Virus record (IMG/VR): IMGVR_UViG_3300047474_000368
Span: 1-34,269 of that record
Length of the DNA stretch: 34,269 nucleotides
Source: a virus
Lineage: Duplodnaviria; Caudoviricetes
Reading direction: 5' to 3' (one strand)
The notes beneath the pieces are model-generated. The model saw nothing but the letters and a program-made list of their open reading frames with translations. It was not told the origin of the DNA and did no database searches. Below, piece after piece: positions 6,591 through 16,868 of this stretch; the first letter of the stretch is position 1, and every line of letters begins with the position of its first letter. The position numbers and the translations under genes are program-made.

Positions 6591-7066
6591 TGGCTAAGAA
6601 AAAGTATACAGCAAAGGTTCTTGATAAATACAAGAAAATACTAGTCGCTGAATTAAAGAGGGAGCTAAATAAGCCTGGTAGTGATTTGGAGAAGAGTATT
6701 GTTGGTAGGAAACTAAGAGGTCGGGATGGTTTTGGTATCTATATGAATGAATACGGTATCAATGTTAATTACGGAAGAAATCCTGGTAAAATGCCAGGTA
6801 AACCGCCAATGCTTAACTTACGAGATTGGATTGAGAGAAAAGGCATTGAACCCCAAAAAACATCAAGCAAAAAACCATTAACCATAAGAGATCTCACATT
6901 TATAATAGGTAGGTCTATAAAAGAAAATGGTATAAAGCCAGTTAGATTCATAGATGGAGTTATAGATCGATTTGAACCAAGTATAACAAAAGAACTTACC
7001 GAAGCATATCAAAAACAAATACAAGAAGAAATACACGAGGCCACTCCTTCAGCTAAGAAGAGTTAA
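6590..7066 (+). CDS. Tail completion / virion morphogenesis protein (HK97 gp10-like)
   Basis: Basic; YGINVNYGRNPGKMP...LRDWIERKGI...GIKPVRFI. Confidence 0.5.
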   Translation: MAKKKYTAKVLDKYKKILVAELKRELNKPGSDLEKSIVGRKLRGRDGFGIYMNEYGINVNYGRNPGKMPGKPPMLNLRDWIERKGIEPQKTSSKKPLTIRDLTFIIGRSIKENGIKPVRFIDGVIDRFEPSITKELTEAYQKQIQEEIHEATPSAKKS

Positions 7067-7070
7067 GGTT

Positions 7071-7092
7071 ACACTTTAGTAAAACACAGTTA
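7071..7092 (+). promoter_or_regulatory. Putative late promoter
   Basis: ACA-N14-AGTTA in the intergenic gap. Confidence 0.55.
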
Positions 7093-7110
7093 TATTATAA
7101 AGGAAGTTAA

Positions 7111-8748
7111 ATGAGTGATGTTAGAATAAATACTAGGAGTCCATACTATATTGAGGCAAACCCTACAGAACCTACAATTCCTGAGACACCTGAAGTACCA
7201 GACCCACCTACTAATATACCACCTACGGTAACTATTACCGCTAGTAATACAACACCTTATGCAGGGGACACAGTTACCTTAACTGCGGTAGCTACGGATA
7301 GTGATGGGACTATAGTGTCATATTTATGGGGTGGTACTAGCACTCCACAGACTTCAGTATCTATAGATGTCTCAAGCAGTGAGGTTCAGTCTAAAATATT
7401 CAACGTAACAGTTACAGATGATGATGGGGATGTAGGTATTGCACAAATCACTATTAACTGGCAAGAGATACCAGAACAAACTACAAATACAGATTTAGAT
7501 GTTGAATGTGGTGATGTAATAAACGAAGGTTCATTTATTGGAACTAAAACTTATAATCTAGTAGGTGTAGGTAATAAGATAGGTGATGTAGAAATTGAGT
7601 TTTTAACTAGTGGGAATAATCAAAATCTACCAGTTATATTCGATATGAGTTGGAATGGTGCAACTGTTTCTACTGGTTATATAGGACACTCTGACTTTTC
7701 TGGTACATTCTTTGGAACTGACAATACAGGAGACCCAACAACAAAGGCACAACCTACAACACTAACAATAAATAAATCTGCTGCAACACCAACACAAGTT
7801 ACTTTAACAGCTTCAACTGGTATGAGTGAAGGTAATGATGCTTATTCATTTAGACTTAATTGCCCAGATGTAGAAGAAACAATTACTAAATTTTATACAG
7901 TAAAAAGTAATACAGCAGGAGGCACTACTGACTTCACTTATACTGATGTAAATGGAGATACTATAGATATTACGTTAGAGGAAGGAGAAACAGAATTAAT
8001 TTCAGCTCAAGAAGATACTGTATCTATAACAAGTGGTACTGGTACTATTGAAGAGGGTGGTCAGAGTTTTGATTTAGGTCAGCCTGAACAAACGATTGAT
8101 GGTAAAACAGAAATAACAATAGTATTTGATAGCTCTGGCTCTATGGGGACTATTCTTGATAGATTATTAAAAATGGCTGATAATGAACTAAAGAATACAT
8201 TATTAACATATTATAATAACGATATTACAGAATATAACAAAAGAGTTCAAGTAGTAAAATCTCAAGACCACGCAATTGATAATGATTATTTCTCAAGCAA
8301 TAAAGAGGACTTCTTAAAGCTGTCTAGTACTCCAATAAGGAATTCAGACTCTAGCAAACAGATATTCTTATACTTTACAAATGAAGTTTCTGGAGATGAA
8401 ATAAATTATCAAGATGACCAAAGAGACCTATTATTTGTAAACAGGGTTAGTGATTATACCACAGCAAATGCTATTTACGATTCGGATTTAGCAAATTTCA
8501 GAACATTCCTAGAGAGTAAAAACTATGGGGATTACTTCTTAACAGTATTTAATGCAAGAAATTATCCCAATTATGAAACTTATTTCATTAACAATATTTT
8601 TAGCGGAGATGAAGGATTTGATGGCTCTAAAGGTCTTTCTGACAGGTCTGAGGTTTCTGTTGTTCAGCCAGTTCTTCAAACAGGAGATTCAGCTTACTAT
8701 CACGACTTGATTATTGAAGCACTAAGAGGATACGGATTTAATATATAA
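7111..8748 (+). CDS. Virion protein with Pro-rich linker, PKD/Ig-like domain and vWA-like domain
   Basis: NIPPTVTI..VTLTAVATDSDGTIVSYLW..VTVTDDDG (PKD/Ig-like); IVFDSSGSM (MIDAS DxSxS). Confidence 0.65.
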   Translation: MSDVRINTRSPYYIEANPTEPTIPETPEVPDPPTNIPPTVTITASNTTPYAGDTVTLTAVATDSDGTIVSYLWGGTSTPQTSVSIDVSSSEVQSKIFNVTVTDDDGDVGIAQITINWQEIPEQTTNTDLDVECGDVINEGSFIGTKTYNLVGVGNKIGDVEIEFLTSGNNQNLPVIFDMSWNGATVSTGYIGHSDFSGTFFGTDNTGDPTTKAQPTTLTINKSAATPTQVTLTASTGMSEGNDAYSFRLNCPDVEETITKFYTVKSNTAGGTTDFTYTDVNGDTIDITLEEGETELISAQEDTVSITSGTGTIEEGGQSFDLGQPEQTIDGKTEITIVFDSSGSMGTILDRLLKMADNELKNTLLTYYNNDITEYNKRVQVVKSQDHAIDNDYFSSNKEDFLKLSSTPIRNSDSSKQIFLYFTNEVSGDEINYQDDQRDLLFVNRVSDYTTANAIYDSDLANFRTFLESKNYGDYFLTVFNARNYPNYETYFINNIFSGDEGFDGSKGLSDRSEVSVVQPVLQTGDSAYYHDLIIEALRGYGFNI

Positions 8749-8750
8749 TT

Positions 8751-9830
8751 ATGGCATTATCATCAGCAAAACTTGAACTTTGGATATATACAGGTCAGAT
8801 AAATTCTTATACTGGAGACCCTCAATATACCATAACCAAAACTAAAATCCCTGGCGAAGAAACTATATTATTTGAAATATCTGAATTGATAAAGGATTAC
8901 GTTACTGTTTCTTTTGATGGTAATTATGGTACTGCTGATTTAGTCTCTTGGGCATCTTGGAAGATAACAAATAGTTTTACTGGGGATGCACCTGATACAA
9001 TAAACTCAGGCACTAGACTTGTAACTCACGGATATGGTTATTTTGAAGATGAGATAAACCCTCAACTAACCTCACCCTTGCAACAGTCAAACACTTGTGT
9101 TTATTGGAAGAGTGGTGAGAAGGTTAGAGTGCCATTATATAAAGAAAATGAATTATATAGTGTAGAATTTTATAGAGGAAGTGATTTATTAAGTAGTCAA
9201 ACATTTGGTAAAACAATCACACCTTTAACTGCAGACACAACAGATTATAGAGCAGACACTACATTTATTAAGGCTGATGCTACCTCATTGATGAGTAGTA
9301 ATTCTTCAGCAATACAATCAGGCACAACTGCTCCAGTAGGTACAGAAACTGTGGTTATAACAACCGAAACGAATGAAACCATTACACTAACCGTAACTTA
9401 TATTGAAGAGTGTAGGAACACCCCTTACAAAGTTACCTTCTTAAATAAGTTTGGTGCGTTGCAAGATATATGGTTCTTTGGTAGAAGAAAAGAGAGTGCT
9501 AATGTAACTAGAGAACAGTATAAGATAAACACAGTGCAATCGACTGCGACTAGTAAGTTCTACCCTACATATTCACCTACAGATAAAACTCACAATGTAG
9601 AGTCAGAGAAATCCTTAGTCTTAAACACAGGATTCTTATGTAGTGACTATAATGAAGTTATTCAGCAAATGATGCAATCTGAATATGTATGGATTCACGA
9701 AGACAATAAAGTTTATCCGGTAACACCTACAGACAATACTATAGATTATAAAGATGATAGATATGACAAGTTATTGAACTTCACTGTAAGGTTTGATTAC
9801 GCTTTCAGTGAACTAAACTCAGTTAGATAA
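8751..9830 (+). CDS. Tail tip / distal tail-like structural protein
   Basis: Position before the hub gene; FLNKFGALQDIWF...LNTGF...MQSEYVW pattern. Confidence 0.5.
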   Translation: MALSSAKLELWIYTGQINSYTGDPQYTITKTKIPGEETILFEISELIKDYVTVSFDGNYGTADLVSWASWKITNSFTGDAPDTINSGTRLVTHGYGYFEDEINPQLTSPLQQSNTCVYWKSGEKVRVPLYKENELYSVEFYRGSDLLSSQTFGKTITPLTADTTDYRADTTFIKADATSLMSSNSSAIQSGTTAPVGTETVVITTETNETITLTVTYIEECRNTPYKVTFLNKFGALQDIWFFGRRKESANVTREQYKINTVQSTATSKFYPTYSPTDKTHNVESEKSLVLNTGFLCSDYNEVIQQMMQSEYVWIHEDNKVYPVTPTDNTIDYKDDRYDKLLNFTVRFDYAFSELNSVR

Positions 9831-12190
9831 TGCAAAGACTTCAGTTATATATTGAGGATAATAATGGTGATTATCCACTGGTTGATATGTTTGATAATGA
9901 GACAGTACAACTGACCTCAACAATACAAGATGTTAAAGATATCGGCAAAGTATTCACTGACTTCTCTATGCCTTTCACTGTACCTGCATCTGAAACCAAC
10001 AACAAGATTTTTAGACACTTCTATAACTATAACATCACTGGCAACGCTTTTGACACCAGGAAAAAGAAAAAAGCTAAGATACATATAAACTATGCCCCGT
10101 TCAGAGAGGGTAAGATATTCTTGAACAGTGTTAAGATGAGGAATAATAAAGCGTATGCTTATGAAATTATCTTCTACGGGAATACAGTATCATTAAAGGA
10201 CTTATTAGGTGATGATGAATTGACGGATTTAGATTACTTATCTAATTACAATCACGAATACAAAAATGATGTAGTAAAGGATGGTTTTACTGATGGACTA
10301 GACTTAAACAGTCAGACGGACTCCATTATATATCCACTTATAACTTCAAAGAAAAGATTATTCTATCATTCTGGATCAATACCATTTACTGATGACACTA
10401 GTGGCAATTTATACCACGCAACCCCTCCAAGTGCAATAAGAGGATTAGAATTCACCGACCTTAAGCCTGCAATAAGGGTGATGCATATTATAGAGGCTAT
10501 AGAGGAGGAATATGGTATATCTTTCACTAGAGATTTCTTTACGGCAGAATTAGAGAATGGTACTCCTGAAAATCCTGCATTCTACAATTTATATATGTGG
10601 ATTAATGGGGTAAAGGATGAATTTGATAGTCAAGATGACGAAAAGATACAAAACTTTACTTTTGATTGTACTGGATATACATTTGATAATACTTCAGATG
10701 AAATAACAGAAGTGACATTTGAAAACGGAATTGCTGAAATTACTAAGGTAGGTTCAACTGCTGCATATTTAATATTAGTGGAAACAGATACAGGTGATCA
10801 AGACGGTTTGTTTACTGTTAGGTTTACAGAAGTTGATGCTAATGGAGATGTTGTTGTTGGTGGAGATGTTAAAGAACTCAATAGTCAAGAGTATATTGGA
10901 GGTGTTACTACGGCAGACGGTGTTGAGATTATGGATACTTCGGTGCCTGCCGGAACTGTTAAACGATATAAGATAGAATATTTATCTAGAGAATCCTTAG
11001 TGTTTGATTCAACAATAGAATTTGCAAAAGCACCTAACGGCTCCCTAGTAACTGAGAAAGAGGCTTACACTGTAACTGATCAGTCAATGTCTTTTTCGGT
11101 GGACTTACTATCAACTGAATTTAATATACTACCAAAGATTAAGGTAATTGACTTTTTGACAGGACTGTTCAAGATGTTTAATTTAACAGCATACTATATT
11201 GATGATGAAGATGATAGTGACTACAATTTAAATGATAGGCCTACAATATATGTAGATACATTAGACAATTTTTATGCTGATGCTGTAAATAATAAATTAG
11301 GTGGGCTTATAGAGATAGAGAAATATGTAGATGCATCTCAACACACGGTTAATTCCACCCTACCATTCACTGATATTAATTTTAATTATCAAGAGACTGA
11401 CATTGTATTAAAAAATAATCATTTTGATCAATTCAACGAAGTCTTCGGTGACGCTGAGTTTAATGTTAGAGAAGGTACCAAAAATGAAACTACAGGAGAA
11501 TATACTATTGATAGAGGTAGTAAATACGATATACAACTACCGTTCTCTCATTTTAAATACGAAAGGTTATTAGACTTAAATGCAGTGTCTTCACCAAACA
11601 CTAGAGATACTAACATTGCTTGGGGCTATTGTGCAACTGGTGAATTCAATTATACCGCAGGAGTCTCACCAAACGTACCACCCGTAGGAGATTATGATTC
11701 TACAACTATAGCACCATTGCTTTTTTACGCTATATCAGAAGACACAAGTTCAAACAAAAAAATAAATTGGGTTACAGCTCCATATAGTAGTGAAGGCGAG
11801 GGTATACAAACATATTGGAGGCCGTCCAATAGCAATGAGGATGGTAATTCGACAACACCACCGGCACACACATTGAATTTTGATGCTGAAGTTGACGAAT
11901 GGCAAGGAATAAACTATTCTGAACTAGAGCCTCCGTATGATGAGTTGGAGTCTCAATCATTGTATTATGTATTCTACAAGTCTTATGTAGAAGGTGTATT
12001 TGACCCTCGCAAAAGAATGTTTAAGATTAGAGCATTCTTACCACCAAACATTATCATAAACTATAGACTGAATGACCAGATAAAGATTAGGGATAAGATA
12101 TTTAGAATCAACTCAATAACTACTAACCTAATGACCGGAGAGTCCGAATTAGAATTGTTGAATATATTTTCAAATGAGATAGTACAATGA
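9830..12190 (+). CDS. Baseplate hub / tail tip protein
   Basis: 786 aa; N-terminal FSMPFTVPASETNNKIF, C-terminal FRINSITTNLMTGESELELL. Confidence 0.55.
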   Translation: MQRLQLYIEDNNGDYPLVDMFDNETVQLTSTIQDVKDIGKVFTDFSMPFTVPASETNNKIFRHFYNYNITGNAFDTRKKKKAKIHINYAPFREGKIFLNSVKMRNNKAYAYEIIFYGNTVSLKDLLGDDELTDLDYLSNYNHEYKNDVVKDGFTDGLDLNSQTDSIIYPLITSKKRLFYHSGSIPFTDDTSGNLYHATPPSAIRGLEFTDLKPAIRVMHIIEAIEEEYGISFTRDFFTAELENGTPENPAFYNLYMWINGVKDEFDSQDDEKIQNFTFDCTGYTFDNTSDEITEVTFENGIAEITKVGSTAAYLILVETDTGDQDGLFTVRFTEVDANGDVVVGGDVKELNSQEYIGGVTTADGVEIMDTSVPAGTVKRYKIEYLSRESLVFDSTIEFAKAPNGSLVTEKEAYTVTDQSMSFSVDLLSTEFNILPKIKVIDFLTGLFKMFNLTAYYIDDEDDSDYNLNDRPTIYVDTLDNFYADAVNNKLGGLIEIEKYVDASQHTVNSTLPFTDINFNYQETDIVLKNNHFDQFNEVFGDAEFNVREGTKNETTGEYTIDRGSKYDIQLPFSHFKYERLLDLNAVSSPNTRDTNIAWGYCATGEFNYTAGVSPNVPPVGDYDSTTIAPLLFYAISEDTSSNKKINWVTAPYSSEGEGIQTYWRPSNSNEDGNSTTPPAHTLNFDAEVDEWQGINYSELEPPYDELESQSLYYVFYKSYVEGVFDPRKRMFKIRAFLPPNIIINYRLNDQIKIRDKIFRINSITTNLMTGESELELLNIFSNEIVQ

Positions 12191-12330
12191 TAAGAGAAGT
12201 GATAGACTTATTGAAGGCTGATGATTTTTATGGGGTTGATCCTATAATAGATATAGCTAAGGGTAAATATAAAGCCCCTACGAAATTTAAAGAATTTAAG
12301 GAATCTGTAAAGAGAAGAGCAAATGGCTAA
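12187..12330 (+). CDS. Small hypothetical protein, 47 aa (MIREVIDLLKADDFYGVDPIIDIAKGKYK...)
   Basis: Manual translation; overlaps both neighbours. Confidence 0.65.
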   Translation: MIREVIDLLKADDFYGVDPIIDIAKGKYKAPTKFKEFKESVKRRANG

Positions 12331-14152
12331 TAAACAAAGTAAATTAACTTTTGTTATCGATATAGATAATAAGGGAAAAATCAAGATTGATGGAATAAAG
12401 AGTTCTTTTAGTGATTTAGAACAAAAGGTTAAGTCTGCAGCAACATCAACAGATTCTTTCAATAAGAAGAATGTTGACTTAATAGCTACTTCTGGATTGG
12501 CAGGTGCTACTTTAACTGAATTTGGTAGAACGATATCTGATTCTAATTATGGAATTAGAGGTATGGCGAACAACTTATCTCAGTTGTCTACCTTATTTAT
12601 TACCCTCATAGGAAAGGCCGGTAATTTTAGAAAGGCATTGTCTATACTGGGCACTCAATTAATGGGTCCAATGGGTATAATATTAGCCTTTCAAGCTGTA
12701 ATTGCACTTCTTGAGAGGTTTTCAATGGAGCAAGATGCGGCAGCAGAATCAACCAGGAATTTAACAGAAGCGTTAGACGAGCAGCAATTGATGTTTGATG
12801 TTCTAGCTAAAAGAATAAATAAATACAATGTAACAGGAAAGGCTTTAGAACAAACTGTAAAGGTATTGTCTAGTGAATTTAGTCAATTCAGAACAGCCCT
12901 TGAGAGTTTAGAAGATAAAACACCAGAATCTATACAAAAATTAATATATAGATTTATGGAGTATCAAGATTTACAAAAAGAAATAACATTAACCCAAGAA
13001 CAGATAAAGGCTGATGTTGATGCAAGAATTCCTTTAGAAGAAAAATTATTCAAACTAATCTTAAGAAGATCAGAATTAGAGGGAGAATTTACAAAAAACA
13101 CCAAAAACTCCAACAAGGAACAAGAGAAAACTTCTGAATTAATACTTAAAACTATAGCTGATTACAATAATCAGATAAAGATATTAAGAGACGCTCAAAC
13201 TCAAACAGCAACTACGGCAGATCAGTATACTGTTCTAGAGAAGAGAATAGAAACCTTGCTTGAAAAAATAAGGGAACTGAGAGGTGAGGGCGAAACACCT
13301 CTAGTAAAAAGCATCATTCCAGAGGATAAGGATATTGAAATAGTAGCCGAAGATGTTTCTGGAATATTAAATGATATAGGAAGAGAATATGATTCAGTAG
13401 TAAAGAGAACTCAAGAGTCTTTAAAAAATGGACTTGCATTTATAAAAGAACAAGCTAAAGATGTAAGTAAATTGTTTAAAGCCACTCAACAGTCTTTAGA
13501 CTATGTAAGCACAACTATAATGTCTTATCACGACGCTAGAATGGAGGCTTTGGCTAGAGAAAGAGATTATGCCCTTCATTCTGGTAAATTAACCGCTTCA
13601 CAACAAAGAGAAGCAATAGCTGATATAGAGAAAAGAGAGATAAAAGCTCAAGAGAGGAAAATTAAGTCTGAAAGAGATTTGTTTACCATAAAACAATCCC
13701 TACTTATCGCTGAAGAAATAATGAAATTCAAGTTTGAGATTGCTGCAAGAAAGAGAGAATTAGCAGATAAGATAACAACAATAACCGCAGAAGGTATAAC
13801 ACAGATAGGTAAAGCACAAATGTCTGCAGGAACTTTTGCAGCTCAAGGTGGTCCTTTAGGGTTAGCTACTTTTGCAATAACGATAGGAGGTTTGATTGCT
13901 TCAATTGTGGCAGCAAGGAAAAAAGCCAATGCAGCATTATCTGCATTAGGTGCTCCATCAACAGGCGGAGGCGGTGGATTAGGTGTTGAAGCCCCCGATT
14001 TCAATGTAGTTGGTGCTTCACCCGAATCACAATTAGCACAATCTGTATCTAGACAGCAAACACAGCCATTAAGAGCATTTGTAGTCAATAAAGACATAAA
14101 AGATGCTGAGGAATTGGATAGAACCATTGATTTCAATAGGTCTTTAGGATAA
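12323..14152 (+). CDS. Tape measure protein
   Basis: Long helical/coiled-coil protein with Ala/Gly-rich hydrophobic segments; 609 aa. Confidence 0.75.
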   Translation: MANKQSKLTFVIDIDNKGKIKIDGIKSSFSDLEQKVKSAATSTDSFNKKNVDLIATSGLAGATLTEFGRTISDSNYGIRGMANNLSQLSTLFITLIGKAGNFRKALSILGTQLMGPMGIILAFQAVIALLERFSMEQDAAAESTRNLTEALDEQQLMFDVLAKRINKYNVTGKALEQTVKVLSSEFSQFRTALESLEDKTPESIQKLIYRFMEYQDLQKEITLTQEQIKADVDARIPLEEKLFKLILRRSELEGEFTKNTKNSNKEQEKTSELILKTIADYNNQIKILRDAQTQTATTADQYTVLEKRIETLLEKIRELRGEGETPLVKSIIPEDKDIEIVAEDVSGILNDIGREYDSVVKRTQESLKNGLAFIKEQAKDVSKLFKATQQSLDYVSTTIMSYHDARMEALARERDYALHSGKLTASQQREAIADIEKREIKAQERKIKSERDLFTIKQSLLIAEEIMKFKFEIAARKRELADKITTITAEGITQIGKAQMSAGTFAAQGGPLGLATFAITIGGLIASIVAARKKANAALSALGAPSTGGGGGLGVEAPDFNVVGASPESQLAQSVSRQQTQPLRAFVVNKDIKDAEELDRTIDFNRSLG

Positions 14153-14160
14153 AATATAGA

Positions 14161-14182
14161 ACGTATCAATAATAAATAGTTA
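14161..14182 (+). promoter_or_regulatory. Putative late promoter (leaderless)
   Basis: ACG-N14-AGTTA-N7-ATG(14190). Confidence 0.65.
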
Positions 14183-14189
14183 ATTATAT

Positions 14190-15533
14190 ATGGAACGCAT
14201 TATAGAACTTATTATAGACGAAGAAAATGAGTTTAGTGGTATTGAAGCTATCTCAGTTGTAGAAAATCCGGCTATTGAAGAGGATTTTATCGCTCTAAAA
14301 GAGCATAAGGAAGTAAAACTTGCTGAAGTTGATAAAGAGAAGAGGATTTTGATGGGTGCAGCCCTAATTCCTAACAAAAAGATATATAGAAACAGTGGTG
14401 AAGAGGAATATTACATATTTTTCTCTGAAGATACCGTCAGAAAGGCTTCTGAATTGTTCTTAATGAAGGGTAATCAAAATAATAGTACTCTAGAACATAA
14501 TGTAGAGCTCGAAGGGATGTCTGTAGTCGAGTCTTGGATTATAGAAGACGAAAAAAAGGATAAATCTAGAAAATATGACTTTGATTTACCTGTAGGAACC
14601 TGGATGGTATCTGTAAAAGTTAACAATGATGACGTTTGGAATCAAGTTAAGGCAGGTGAAGTGAAAGGATTCTCTATAGAGGGGTATTTTGCGGACAAAA
14701 TGGACGGCCCTAAGGAGTCTTTACCCGAACAAATGTGTTCTGAGTGTCTAGATGAATTAAATGCCGAATACGAGCTCCTAGAAGCCTTAGAAAGCCTATC
14801 TGAAGAAGTTGAGTTAGAGTCTTATGGTGGATACCCAGAATCTGCATCTAATAATGCTAAATTAGGTATTAAAAGGAACAAAGAACTAGGTAATAAATGT
14901 GCTACCCAGGTAGGTAAGGTTAGAGGACAGCAATTAGCTAGAGGTGAGAAGTTTACTTTACCAACTCTGAAGAGAATTTACTCTTACCTAAGTAGAGCTG
15001 CTGAATATTATGATCCTAGTAAGCCTGAGGCTTGTGGAACTATCAGTTATCTTCTATGGGGTGGTAAAAGTATGCTTAATTGGACTGAGTCTAAGATAAA
15101 AGGTATTGAGGCTGCTGAAGTAGGTCCAAAAGGTGGTATCAAGTCTTCACCTAAAGCACCTAAGTCAGATACAAAGAACCCTAATCCAAAAGGTAAGGGT
15201 AGTGCAAAAGGTGATGCTAGTGGAAAGACCGGTGCAAAGGTTTCTGCTAAGGATAGAGCAACACTTCAGAATAAGGCTGATGAGTTTAATAAAAGATACA
15301 AAGAGAAACTAGGTTATGGTGCAACTGTTGGTGCTTTGGCGAGTGTATTTCAAAGAGGCTTAGGTGCATTTAACACTAGTAGGTCACCTCAAGTAAAGTC
15401 TGCTTCACAGTGGGCATTTGCTAGAGTCAATGCTTTCCTTTATTTACTAAAGAATGGTAGACCTCAGAATGCTAAGTACACAACTGATTACGATTTATTA
15501 CCAAAGAAACACCCTAAATCTAATAAAAAATAA
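14190..15533 (+). CDS. XkdF-like prohead serine protease with two C-terminal accessory domains
   Basis: EKRILMGAALIP...LEH...VVESWII...GTWM...KGFSIEG; C-terminal VFQRGLGAF...QWAFARVNAF resembles DUF5824. Confidence 0.8.
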   Translation: MERIIELIIDEENEFSGIEAISVVENPAIEEDFIALKEHKEVKLAEVDKEKRILMGAALIPNKKIYRNSGEEEYYIFFSEDTVRKASELFLMKGNQNNSTLEHNVELEGMSVVESWIIEDEKKDKSRKYDFDLPVGTWMVSVKVNNDDVWNQVKAGEVKGFSIEGYFADKMDGPKESLPEQMCSECLDELNAEYELLEALESLSEEVELESYGGYPESASNNAKLGIKRNKELGNKCATQVGKVRGQQLARGEKFTLPTLKRIYSYLSRAAEYYDPSKPEACGTISYLLWGGKSMLNWTESKIKGIEAAEVGPKGGIKSSPKAPKSDTKNPNPKGKGSAKGDASGKTGAKVSAKDRATLQNKADEFNKRYKEKLGYGATVGALASVFQRGLGAFNTSRSPQVKSASQWAFARVNAFLYLLKNGRPQNAKYTTDYDLLPKKHPKSNKK

Positions 15534-16174
15534 TGCCAACAACTAAAAACACCTCGTACAGAGTTCACGTTCAAGATACCACAGAAGCAGAGGTATCTTC
15601 AGTGAATATAGAGAATGGTGCAATGCTACGCACTGACTCAGCACTTTATATGGGTCATAATGATGAAAATGTAATTGTATATCCACAAACGGGTGCAGCT
15701 AATTTGGGTTGGGCTAGATATGATGATACATTTTATAATGGCGAAGGAGAGGGAGATTCTGGTAAATTAGTTTTAACAGATGGTGTTGAAGTTACATTAC
15801 CTAACAATGGCGGTATCATAACCAGGAGTCATTCAACTTTAGACTTTTACGATGTATCCAATCAAAAGTTTGTGGGGTTAAATGAGAATGATGTTTATAT
15901 GGTTACTGTTGTATATAAGAAGTCAGCAGCAAACGCAAATCAAACCCATATAGATTTTAAACTTACAGGTGCTGATGATTACGATAGAATTAATATGGCT
16001 TTAGGGTTTTACAAAGGAAACGATGTAACACAAAACTCCCATATAATGTTTCAGTATTATTTAGATGCAAATGCTTTGGCAAATGGTCTAACTCCTAAAA
16101 TAACTTCAAATGGTGGAGATTCTAAAATATGGGATATTATATTCTTTATACAACGTACACAAAACGCAGGATAA
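15533..16174 (+). CDS. Hypothetical virion-associated protein
   Basis: Beta-rich 213-aa ORF inside the head module. Confidence 0.5.
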   Translation: MPTTKNTSYRVHVQDTTEAEVSSVNIENGAMLRTDSALYMGHNDENVIVYPQTGAANLGWARYDDTFYNGEGEGDSGKLVLTDGVEVTLPNNGGIITRSHSTLDFYDVSNQKFVGLNENDVYMVTVVYKKSAANANQTHIDFKLTGADDYDRINMALGFYKGNDVTQNSHIMFQYYLDANALANGLTPKITSNGGDSKIWDIIFFIQRTQNAG

Positions 16175-16329
16175 TGAAAAAAAGAATGAAAGCTACACCA
16201 AGCTATTCTTCACCTAAGGGTGGTAGCAGAGGCTGTCTTTGCAAGGATGGTAAAACGTATTCAAGAAAATGTTGTGATGGTTCTTTACAGGCTCAAGGAG
16301 TTGGTAATGTGACTGGTGACGGCACTTGA
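16174..16329 (+). CDS. Small Cys-rich basic protein, 51 aa
   Basis: SPKGGSRGCLCKDGKTYSRKCCDGSLQAQG; start placed at the TAATG overlap. Confidence 0.65.
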   Translation: MKKRMKATPSYSSPKGGSRGCLCKDGKTYSRKCCDGSLQAQGVGNVTGDGT

Positions 16330-16336
16330 AAATACA

Positions 16337-16358
16337 ACAATATATTTTTAATCAGTAA
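16337..16358 (+). promoter_or_regulatory. Putative late promoter variant
   Basis: ACA-N14-AGTAA upstream of the scaffold and capsid genes. Confidence 0.45.
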
Positions 16359-16379
16359 TAATTATAAACATCAATTTTT

Positions 16380-16841
16380 ATGAAAGCAACAGAAATCGTT
16401 TCTAAACTAAAGGACGTGCTTTTGTCTTCAACTGAAGAGGTGGAAACTCAAGAAGCTGTACAACAAGAAGTGCAGGAAGATGTACAAGAAGAAGTACAAC
16501 TTGAGGCTGCCACTGAAGAAGTTACAGAAGAAGAGGTACAGTTAGAGGAAGCTCCTGAAGTGGAGGCTTCTGAGGAGGTTGAGGCTATGGAGCCTAAATC
16601 TGAAATGTCTTATGCCACTAAAGAAGAGTTAGCGGAAGTTAAGGCAATGGTCGAAAAACTAATGGGTCAATTAGAGGCTAAAGAAGAGTCTAAGCAAGAA
16701 GTTCCTCAAGAACTATCTGCTGATGAATCTCCTTTAACTCACAGCCCAGAGAACGCAACAGAGAGTAAGAATTTACATTTATATTCTCAAAACGCACCTG
16801 CAACTACTCTTGATAGAGTTTTAGCAAGATTAAATAAATAA
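16380..16841 (+). CDS. Capsid scaffolding-like protein
   Basis: Very acidic, coiled-coil, directly upstream of the major capsid gene. Confidence 0.65.
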   Translation: MKATEIVSKLKDVLLSSTEEVETQEAVQQEVQEDVQEEVQLEAATEEVTEEEVQLEEAPEVEASEEVEAMEPKSEMSYATKEELAEVKAMVEKLMGQLEAKEESKQEVPQELSADESPLTHSPENATESKNLHLYSQNAPATTLDRVLARLNK

Positions 16842-16868
16842 TAAACACAATTATCTAAATTACCAAAA

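Noticed and set aside
8730-8753. Frameshift or readthrough joining the 7111 and 8751 ORFs
   Set aside because: The -1 frame has a TAA just upstream and there is no slippery heptamer after it.
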